From positions 1 through 57,924 of the forward strand of contig NMRA01001089.1 of the NCBI GenBank assembly GCA_002633005.1: a stretch of DNA of 57,924 nucleotides, read 5' to 3'. Under the pieces are notes generated by a model, which was not told where the DNA came from, ran no database searches, and saw only the letters and a program-made list of their open reading frames with translations. The stretch's first letter is position 1. Each line of letters begins with the position of its first letter. Shown here one piece after another: positions 1 through 10,252 of this stretch. Position numbers and translations under genes: made by a program. The stretch is from Phoronis australis (lineage: Eukaryota > Animalia > Phoronida).

Positions 1-679
1 CAGTTCCTTCCATTTGTCCATAGTGGCTGAGCGCACAAAGCTAAATAAGACGTAGACAACAATGTTCCATTTTGCTTTTTAAGGCTCACTATTTGATGTC
101 ACTAAGCAACAACTTCCATATCCACCCCCAAATATTCAGTTGGAACCTTATGAACTACATCCACCCAACAAGGAAACTACTTAACTAAATATTTACTGCA
201 GCATGATACAAAGGAATTTGTAGCTAACTTCGCTTTGCATATAATTTGTTAATAAGTTTAGATGTGGGTTCAGGGGGTAAAGAAGAGACGGTACCCCTGA
301 AAGTCTCCAGATTTTTGTATACAAGTGGCGACAACTAACTACGATTCAAAAAGTCGACATTAAGGTCGTCATTTCGTACGTTACATACCACACTAACATA
401 CTGTATGATGACTTGACACACACTACGCCGCACATTGAACATAACCCCCTTGTACACACAACTCCTGCAACTTTTCCTGAACCCATACCTGAGGTGCACA
501 CCAAGCCCCCGGTGTTTTCCCGAACACTCCAGGCAGATCCATATTCCATATGTTACACTGACCCATTGAGGATTCTGTGTACCGCATTCAAAGCAGACCT
601 GAAATCAAAAATGGATTGGTTATGAATGTTAACAAGACAATTGATAGGAAATGGCAGCTTAATTTTACAGTCTCTTATG

Positions 680-760
680 TTTGAGGTCGTGGGTTCGAGT
701 CCCACTGGGCCACCCTGCTAGACCCTTGAGTCAGGTCTCTAACTCCTCAGCTTGGTTTTA
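680..760 (+). mobile_element. tRNA-derived SINE head fragment
   Basis: Pol III B-box GGTTCGAGTCC at 692-702, followed by CCCTTGAGTCAGGTCTCTAAC resembling the SINE CORE-type domain. No complete cloverleaf. Confidence 0.55.
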
Positions 761-770
761 ACTGTATGTC

Positions 771-817
771 AATAAAGCATAAAAATGGTTCCAGGTGATC
801 AGTGCAATGGACCCACC
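771..817 (+). repeat. Dispersed repeat; inverted copy at 43757-43802
   Basis: aataaagcataaaaatggttccaggtgatcagtgcaatggacccac versus the reverse complement of 43757-43802, aataaagcataaaaatatttccaggtgatcagtgcaatgggcccac. Confidence 0.8.
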
Positions 818-2528
818 CAAGCGGCGTGTAATCATTTTTATAGCATTAGAAGTGTGCGACTGTTCAATGTCGATGTTCACATTTAGTCTAAAGATATATG
901 GTCAGAACGGCAAGTGTGGACATTTACGTACTGCATCTATGTCGCGCAGTGAGGTAGACAGCCATCTTGTTGTGGACGACTCAACGCCAAAACATAAAGT
1001 TCTAAGAATAGATGTGGGTAAAACGACGACGATTTAAGCTAACCTGGCTTTTCCTGCTTGTCACTACTCCATTTGCTGTCCTTTTACCATGAAACTTATA
1101 TCAGAAAATGTAGCACAGTCATCTGTGCGTAAGTTTTTGCAACTCCGACACTCAAAAGTCACCTACCTTGTCTATTATGTCCGTTTAAGGGAACACACAA
1201 TCTAATCTAAGTCATCACTCTTCCATTTTTGCAAAAAAGAAAATTTAGATATTGATTTTAAAACTTTATGCTCGCGACAAGCTCACACGCCATTCATTCA
1301 ATTTTTTGGTTCGGTATAAAGCAACATCTTTCAGAAAATAGCGACAACTTTGCCGCAGAAACATTTGCTCAGAATTTTGGTTCGCTGGCAATAAAATACT
1401 CAAAACTACAAAGAAGTGCAAGCACTTCTGGTAATTTGTTTCAAATTGTGGATTAAAGAAGTCGTGGAAAGCAGGAAATGGCCAACAGGTGGCACTCTAT
1501 TTCATACCGCTCTAAGTTGACACATGTGATTGTTCTAAAAATTTAGCCACATGAACAGCATTGTTAGTATTGTACCACATGACTTCTCATTGTGTCGTAC
1601 TGTAAAGGCCTCCAGAAAATCGCCAATCTCGACATTGCTTCAATTCCCAGATGGGCCAAGAAACAGTATAGACGACATCCTCAACTTTGGCACCCAACTC
1701 TAAGGTGAAACTCACAAAACCCAGAGATGGGCGCAAATTTTCGAAGCGGTAGACGGAGATGGTACTGGCCTGGTGGTGGTGGATCCAGAACATACACAGG
1801 GCGTCCCTGAGCAAAGAACATGGGGAACGTTACTAAGGGCAAATTCCAGGACTCCAGAAATGTTGCCGAGATCTATAACCAGGAGGCGCGCATGTTCTGC
1901 TGAAGAGGAAAGAGTGCTGCATATCACATGACTTACAGTTGTGTCAAACTATAAAGGCCTAGAGAGCTCTAAAATGCTTGCTAATGGTCAATTGCGCTTT
2001 GAATGATCGGTTTCAACGCAAGACTTTGACTCGGGGGTGGCTGGTTTGACTTCCGGCTGAACCAAGAAAAGTACAGATAACTTCCATAACACCGGTAAAC
2101 AAGTTGGTTTACTCAAGGAAGAGTCAGATTTGTTTCCCCGGTTTTCTAACCAGTTGGCATTTTGGAGACCTTGTTGTTTTTAACAGATCTAAATTGTTAA
2201 TTTGTATGTATTTTCCAGGACTTTGAAGTCTTCTTATTCAACAACAATTTAAATTTACTTTCAAATTTAGTTTTACTTCTGGACCTCCGAAATAAAAACG
2301 CGACTAAAAATTTGGATCTTGAACATCAAGAACCTGACTCTAACCATAGTGATATCCCTGCCTCTAATCTTTCTTTCTGAAGGAGTTTGAGAAATTATTT
2401 TTCTAACCTTTTGAAACAGTTAGATTGCATCAAAATGATTTAACTGCTAATAGTGTAGTGGGTTTGACTAACAAATACTAGTAAAATCCCTAAAACGGAC
2501 GATTACTCAAAGCAGTACATTTGTATTT

Positions 2529-3716
2529 GGGTCATTCTCAGCTATTCAGCAATTATTGTGGGACAGGGCATGAAAAATTAAATTTCATAATTATTATCAT
2601 TTTTATTCTTTATGACTGAGTCTGGTGCCTACTCTTCACAACTTTGAACTTGAGAAGATAATTTGGTTTTTAATTTACATATAATTTTGGCATTATCATT
2701 CTATGATAAAAAGTTGCGGACGTTACTTTTTAATGGTCGACATCAATTTTCATACGATAGTTTTGTCAAATAATCAAAATAACAGATGTTTTCCATTGCA
2801 TATGCTCCCATCTAACAAGCATATATATAATAATTGAATTCCTCCAATAAAAAATATTATCTCAATTACTTATGTCGCGTTGTGGACGTTACTCATATTT
2901 TGACATGTTATAGTTTTGGCATGGTATTATAACTTTATTAGCAACTAAAAAATCATGGTTAGGTTTTGTATTAGTCCTAGGCCAATACTTACCAGTAGAG
3001 CTTGTGCAGAGAATTGCTGACCTTTTTGTTTTATACTCTGTTGACGTTTGGACGTTACATGTTGACAGTTGACAAATGTTGACATAGTAACGTCCACAAC
3101 TCACGTCCAAGTTTGAAAATTTGAAATATTTTCATGTTCTAAAGCATAACAACTCATCATTTCATTAGAAATAATGGCATTCATTTATTTTATTTACTTA
3201 TTCATAACTTTAGATGTTGCTTTGACTGTTTTCTTTACAATTTCCTTTTCAATTGCCAAATGACTTTGGGCATTTGAAAAAGGATGTAACCCTACCTATC
3301 ATTTTCTAAGCTCTTTTACACTTTCTGCCTATCTCCTGCTTTTCATTGATTCTGAGATATTTTTGGAGTCAAAACCATGTATGCTAGAACATGATAGAAA
3401 GTCNAATTTGATGTCTACTCTTTTGTTTGGTGTACTTTAATGTGAGAAAAAACTACCCGAATGCGTAAAAACATAATGAAACAAATACTCGGTCAACATG
3501 TCACAAAATGGCCGCCCCAAAAATCGCTCATTGTAATTAAAACGCAACTTATATTCATGTAATTTTTTACCGAATGTGCACAAACTATTTATTTTGTCTC
3601 TTTAGCACGTCATCAATAAAATAAAACAACACCAAACCAATTTCAATTTTTTTATTTCATAAAAATACCATTTAAAAAAGTCAGGACCAAAGTTGCTGAA
3701 TAGCTGAGAATGACCC
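2529..3716. mobile_element. Non-autonomous DNA transposon, Sola2-like (GGG termini, 4-bp TSD)
   Basis: Perfect 24-bp terminal inverted repeats (GGGTCATTCTCAGCTATTCAGCAA) flanked by an ATTT direct repeat at 2525-2528 and 3717-3720. No transposase ORF. Confidence 0.85.
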
Positions 3717-4518
3717 ATTTACATCTTTGCACCAAGGCTAGTGGAGGGTTCACAAAATCCAGGCATGTCGAGTAAATCATAAGCTACTCCACCTATAATA
3801 TATCATTATACTTTCAAGTTGAGTGACTGATAAAACTTACCCGTGACTACGTATAGTTTAGAGAGGTCTCATGTCTGTGCAGCCTCCTGTTGGCATGGCT
3901 GGCAGACGGTGACCTAACCATAACTGGTAATAGTCAGATAAGTGGGTCCCTGATTAAAGAGATTTGAAGACCAGGGGCCTGTTCCAAGAAACTGACTTAA
4001 GTTCATTTTGACTTAAGTTCAAGATTTGTCTTAACTTCCAAACTTCTTGCTTCAAAGTCAGGCGTATGCTCTTAACCAGTACATGTACTAAACACCAATT
4101 GGTAAGTGATTAAGAAAGGCCTTTATGACAGTCACTGCACATTCACCTCATTTCTCCCCCATCTAATGATTAGGAGTTATGTCACCTGAAACACAACATC
4201 ACGTCGGCCCTCTTTGCAGACACCTCTTCCTCAAACTCATGAGGCTATGAGGGCCCTCTTCGCTGTCATGATTACGTACTGTTGTTGGATACCACAGCAT
4301 GGAAAAATCACATTGCTCAAAACTATGAACCTCGTACTTCTCGCTTCGAATTCTTTCAAAGCCAGGCATCCCAATCAGTCCACCAAAGGCAAAGTCAAAA
4401 AGCAATTGCCATCATGTGGTTAAAGGCGAAGGCAACCTTTTTCCATGTCATTTTGAGCTAAAATAAGGTTGGTTGGTTATTCTAGACATATTTTTCACTT
4501 AATTACAGCTTTTCGTAA

Positions 4519-4967
4519 NNNNNNNNNNNNNNNNNNNNNNNNNNNNNNNNNNNNNNNNNNNNNNNNNNNNNNNNNNNNNNNNNNNNNNNNNNNNNNNNNN
4601 NNNNNNNNNNNNNNNNNNNNNNNNNNNNNNNNNNNNNNNNNNNNNNNNNNNNNNNNNNNNNNNNNNNNNNNNNNNNNNNNNNNNNNNNNNNNNNNNNNNN
4701 NNNNNNNNNNNNNNNNNNNNNNNNNNNNNNNNNNNNNNNNNNNNNNNNNNNNNNNNNNNNNNNNNNNNNNNNNNNNNNNNNNNNNNNNNNNNNNNNNNNN
4801 NNNNNNNNNNNNNNNNNNNNNNNNNNNNNNNNNNNNNNNNNNNNNNNNNNNNNNNNNNNNNNNNNNNNNNNNNNNNNNNNNNNNNNNNNNNNNNNNNNNN
4901 NNNNNNNNNNNNNNNNNNNNNNNNNNNNNNNNNNNNNNNNNNNNNNNNNNNNNNNNNNNNNNNNNNN
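4519..4967. other. Assembly gap (N run)
   Basis: 449 consecutive Ns. Confidence 1.
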
Positions 4968-5043
4968 CCAATTTCAATTTTTTTATTTCATAAAAATACC
5001 ATTTAAAAAAGTCAGGACCAAAGTTGCTGAATAGCTGAGAATG
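4968..5043 (+). repeat. Identical copy of the right end of the 2529-3716 element (3637-3712), abutting the gap
   Basis: 76-nt exact match, lacking the last 4 nt of the TIR. Confidence 0.85.
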
Positions 5044-5044
5044 T

Positions 5045-8010
5045 AGGCATCTATTAGTGAGATGACGCTTTTTTGTTTTTGGATGGATTTGACGGACGTT
5101 TGCGTCACCTAGTGTCCATTGTTGCTGGTTTCAAGTCTGTTTTTTTTGGCGTCCACCCCTCTATCGACCAAACCATTCTAAGGATGATTTTGAAAATTGG
5201 CGTGACTACTAGTTCTCTGTGCGAAGAGGGCGGTTGACTATAACGAATTTGACTTCTGTGACGCCTCCTAGTGGTAGTTTGTTTTGTTTTGTGCCCATAT
5301 CTGCATCTCCTTAACACACTGGAGGATCTTTATTAAATTTAATAATTGTATTTATAGGAAGCTAACAACAGATTAGGTCTATTAGGCAATGATCCAACGA
5401 ATACTGTGCCCCTTAGTGGCAATTTCATTTTTTTCGGTTTTCCTTTGTTTCTCTGAAGTTCCTTCACAGACTTTTATGAAATTTGATAAATAGCTTTCTA
5501 TTTAAGAAGTGATGGCATTTTTCCGTTTTCAGATGGATTGGATGTTTTTGTGCCATCTAGTGGCTATTTTTATGAAACAAATAAGCAACCCTTAGACACC
5601 ATTTGAGGTGCATTCGTGGGCGCATTTCAACGCTCTGCGTTGCTCTTGTTAAATTTAGCAATTGTATAATATATGAAGCTGACAACAGACGACGACAACT
5701 TTTAGACAGATCTTACAAAGGCTGTGTCCCTTATTGACAATTTAATTTTTTCCGTTTTCCTCTGTTTCTCTGAATTTTTTTGACGGATTTTTACGAAATT
5801 TGGTAATTATCTAAGGTTCTGTTAAAGAAATGATGACATGCATTTGGATGGATTGGACATATTTTGCGCAATCTACTATTTTTTAGTCTGTCGGCCCCAC
5901 TATCAACCAAACATACCAAGGGTGATTTTAAAAATTGGCATTGATGTTACTACTGTGAGAGGACAGCTGATGATGATTTTCAGATGATTAAGACTACTGT
6001 GGCACCTCCTAGTGGCAGTTTTTCTGCGCCCATGGCTGTATCTTTTAAACACTCGGCAGGATGTTTACTAAAGTTAGAAATTATATTTATATGAAGTTGA
6101 CAACGGACAACGAAGGCTCATGGACAGATCTGGCTACTGGTGTGCCCCTGGTGGCAAGTTTCAGACCAATCCATCTACAGCTGCGCTCCCTGGTGGCTTT
6201 TTGTTTTTCGTTTGCCTCTGTAATTTCAGAGTTCTTTGATGCTTTATATGCGGTTGCAATATTGTCGTCGTCTCTGTCTGGGCGTCCATCGTCTGGCGTC
6301 CGCAGCTGATTTCCTAAACCCCTCACAGGATCTTGATGTGATATGGCAGATGTCTTTTATGAAGCTGACGACAGATGACAACGAATTTTGACCTCTCCAA
6401 CTACTGGTATGTCCTCTAGAGGCAATTTTAGTTTTATGCTTACCTCTGTATCTCAATGGATTTTCATAAAATTTGGCTTATAGGCATTCATTAGTGATTT
6501 GACGCTTGACCCTCCCGTTTTCGGATGGATTCGAGGTCTTTTGCACCACCTAGGGGCCATTTTTACTGTTCTTGAGTCGTTTTTTTTAAGTCCGCCCCTC
6601 CATCAACCAAACCACTCTAAGGCTGATTGCGAAAATTGGCATGCATGTTCTTACTATGAAGAGGACGGCTGATCATGATTTTCCGATGACTTTGACTACT
6701 GTGGCACCTCCTAGTGGCAGTTTTTCTGCGCCCATGGCTGTATCTCCAAAACACTCTACAGGATGTTTACTAAAGTTAGAAAGTATATAATTTTTTGAAG
6801 TTGACAACGGACGACGAAGACTTACGGACAGATCTGGCTACTTGTGTGCCCCTAGTGGCAATTCGTAACTTTTTGGGGTTTACCTCTGTATCTTCAAAGG
6901 TCCTCAACAGATATTTATAAAATTTGGATTATAAGCATCTATTGGTGAGTTGACGCTGTCGTTCCATTTTCAGGTGGATTCAAGGATTTTTGCACCACCT
7001 AGTGGCTGTTTTTGCTGTTTTCAAGTCTGTTAGCATCCAGCCCTCTATCAACCAATTCATATTAAGGATGATTGTTAAAATTGGCATGTATATTCTAAGT
7101 GTGAAGTGTACAGTTGACGATGACGACTGATTACTGTGGCGCCTCCTCAGTGTCATTTGACACTGCACGATTTATATTCAATTTAGTAAGTGTATTCATA
7201 TGAGGTTGACAATGGACAAAGAATCTGATGATTGTTGTGCCCCTTAGTGGTAATTTCATGTTTTCCATTTTCCTGTTTCTCTGAATTTCCTTTACGGATT
7301 TTTATGAAAGTTAAAAATGATGTCATGTTCCCATTTTCGGATGGATTCGACATATTTTGCGCTACTTAATGGCCATTTGTATGATATAAATAAACACCCT
7401 TAGAAGCACACCATTTGCAGTCCTTTTGTAGGCACATTTCAACGCTCTGTGTTGCAAACAAGTTTCCGTTTTGAAGATGACAGCACCTTCCCTTTTAGTG
7501 ATTATACAACGTAATTTGCTCCAACTAGTGGCCATTTTAATTATTTTTAGCCTTTGTTGGTTTGCTTCTGTATCTGCAAAATCGTGCAGAGTGTCATTAT
7601 GAAAACTGGCAGATGTGTTCCTACTTACAAGACTGACGTGGATTTTCAAATGGGTCCAATTACTTTGGTGCACACTAGTTAAAACTTTTTACATCTACAA
7701 CTGTATCTCCTAAGCCCCTTGCAAGATGTTTTTGAAATTTTGCAATTGCATTACTATTGACTTGACAGCAAGATGGACGGATTCGACTAAATGGCAGTTT
7801 TTTACAGTAATTTGCTTTTTGTATCTTTGTAGTTCTTTGATGGATTTTCATGAAATTTGGCAAATAGTTTTGAGAGGTGATGACACCTTCCCAATTTTTG
7901 ATGGGTTCAATGTAATGTATTCATCTAATGGCTATTTTTCTGACACAAATAAGCACCCCTAGAAGCGCTCCATATGCGGTGCATTTCAACGCTCTCAGGT
8001 TGCCCTTGTT
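5045..8010. repeat. Diverged tandem array (~140-160-bp subunits, ~445-bp higher-order unit), probably Helentron/HINE-associated satellite
   Basis: Recurring blocks gatggatt, cc(y)tagtggc, aaaattggc, atgaag(c/t)tgacaac and gattttcatgaaatttgg. About 5920-6160 aligns with about 6620-6860. A gtcgtc/gtctgg microsatellite at ~6264-6300 is typical of non-autonomous Helentron-like elements. Confidence 0.75.
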
Positions 8011-9535
8011 TACTGACTGGAGCTGTTCTGTCTTGTAAATCTCTGTAGTTAATTGACACAGCCTCAGACCTGGTGCTTAGAAGTCCATATAAATGATATT
8101 TCACTCATTAAATATATTTATGTGAGAATATGGACACATCCCTCTTGTACCCCCATCTTTCGGACTGGTCGAATAACCCCTTGTGTAGATTTGCATGCGG
8201 TCCTCCTGCACTCGAGGCACTAGGACATTCCATTTCCAGTCTCACTATTGGTTCGTTTGTATTACTGCCACAAGTTTGGTCAGCTCCTGGCTCCCATAGG
8301 CTGATGATTGTCACGTGTCATAAGGCTCCTTTGTTCTCAAGAAAGTTATATTTCCTGCCATCAGTACTTCGCTTTGCAGCACTTAGGTTCGAGCTAATCT
8401 CTCTTCATTTTTCCCACCCTCTACACCCTCTATCTTTGGGTAGTTCCTCTTACCTGAGTGCTGGCGCGCTTTTTATTGCCCATCTTTACAGAGATTATTA
8501 TTTTATCTTTATGTTATTTGTACACTCATATTTCTGTACCTTATCAGTCATAATAAATGACCTTATATCGCCTATACACGGTCTCCTTTGTATCTCTGGA
8601 AACGGAGCTTGCGACGCACCTATTATTTTCGGGACATATTCCGAGCATAAAGTACATGATCAAATCTCTATTGACTCAGGACTCTCAATCCTTCGATTTT
8701 TGTGCTGAATATCGGTCCCATTACCCTTTACAAAAAATGAAAAATCGCTCAAAATTCACCAGGTGATGTCCAAAAATTCACCTCGAGTGATTGACAAATT
8801 CTTATCAAGGTTCGAATTACTTATTCACACAGGTGACTCTTTGAGGCAGAGTCTGTGAGGGCGTGCCATGGAGTATTAGGGTGCTATTGATGGTGGTTCG
8901 TAGGTAGAATTTCACCTTCACCCAGCAATATTCTCCTTGGATGACACAGGCACCTTTCCTTTTGGAATTATACCAGGGCCCTGCACCTAATGGTCCAACC
9001 ACAAATGATCAAAGATGCAGGCACAAAACAAGACTTATAGTACATTTAATAGGTCCAGGTATAATAACAACATGAAGCATGAAGAAGCATACAGATCACC
9101 ATGATTTACAGCATTAACAGATCAGAATTGTATCTAACACAGCAGGAGGCATGAAACACATTATGGCAAGGTGTTCACTCCTCAGCGCAAAGGCTTAAGA
9201 ACTATAATACACAGGGCACCAAGAGGTTAGGTCCAAGGGCGCGATGAGCGCAGAAAGCATAGATATCAGATTGAGTCACTCTGTGGTGTTGTGGTTAGAA
9301 CAGCATTAGACAAATGACATCATCTGTTCATCTGCACTGTCAATTGACCCAAGACAGTGACACGCAGCACAACAACACAACAGTCCAGCAGTTTTTTTTA
9401 CCGTATGTTAATAAACTGGAGCAATGTCATGATAATCAGAAGATGGATTGATTTCCTTGTCGATCCTTACGTTTGTGGGTGCATGATGTTGGACCAGGTT
9501 TGTTCTTGGTACACAACTATACGTTCACAGGTGTT

Positions 9536-10252
9536 TTATGGTTTTTCAAGGACCATAATCAACGGTCTGTGGTCGTAGCATTTGAGTTTATGTCCAACAT
9601 CTATACTGCGAACATCATTCTTTTTCCCTGTGTATAGAAAATAATCCACCATTTTCTTCTTCCTTGCGGTGGGCTTTTTGGTGTACATGTGGTGATTTTG
9701 GAACTGCGCCAAAATTGGTTTCGCTTTGTCTGATGTGAGATTAAAATCTCCCCCAACAAGTAGCTTTGATTTTTTATTTCGAATTTCAGCATCCAATAGT
9801 TTAAGAAGTTCCTTGAAGACAGGTATTTTCTCATCATCTTCCAGGTTATTATTGACACCATGGTATGTAACAACAAGAAGCTTTAGTTTTTTGTCCTTTG
9901 AAGTCAGCCTGCTGGCGAACAGTCGAGTTTTAAATTCACCAGTTTCCTGAAGTTTCCTTCGTCCTATATCAAGCTTATGGGTATTAAGAGTTAAAGTTTT
10001 AGTGTTGTATATAAATCCATTGTAACTTCCTGCTTTGTCTTTCACAGTTTGCCATAATAGCGTGTATGGTCCTGATGTTAATTTGTTAGCACGGATAGTG
10101 AGGAATTCCCATAACTGTTCAAAACTGGATACCTCCTGCAGAATTACCAAGTCAGGCTTCTCTTTATTCAACAATTTAAAGATGTTTCTATGTCTTTTGT
10201 CTGCCGTGCCTCTACCATGAGCATTCATGCTGATTATAGTGTACCTTGTCAT
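9536..10252 (-). CDS. Stand-alone endonuclease/exonuclease/phosphatase (EEP; L1/APE-like) nuclease, 238 aa, single coding exon
   Basis: All hallmark EEP motifs occur in order: IISMNAHG (Asn), DLVILQE (metal-binding Glu), TYHG (His), GGDFN, MVDYF, YDHRP. The stop follows 8 codons after DHRP. A splice acceptor (aaatttcAG on the minus strand) lies at ~10318, upstream of the ATG. Confidence 0.9.
   Translation of the reverse strand: MTRYTIISMNAHGRGTADKRHRNIFKLLNKEKPDLVILQEVSSFEQLWEFLTIRANKLTSGPYTLLWQTVKDKAGSYNGFIYNTKTLTLNTHKLDIGRRKLQETGEFKTRLFASRLTSKDKKLKLLVVTYHGVNNNLEDDEKIPVFKELLKLLDAEIRNKKSKLLVGGDFNLTSDKAKPILAQFQNHHMYTKKPTARKKKMVDYFLYTGKKNDVRSIDVGHKLKCYDHRPLIMVLEKP

Noticed and set aside
4469-4993. 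ORFs of 174 and 160 aa in the track (also 48144-48413)
   Set aside because: They are artefacts of translating N runs.
5045-8010. CRISPR-like array
   Set aside because: The context is eukaryotic, the inter-motif sequences are themselves homologous rather than unique spacers, and there are no cas genes.
8121-8708. 192-aa ORF or LTR-like block starting TGTGAG with AATAAA at ~8553
   Set aside because: The protein has no recognisable motif and a low-information composition. I could not find a matching LTR 3' end or TSD, so neither call is supportable.
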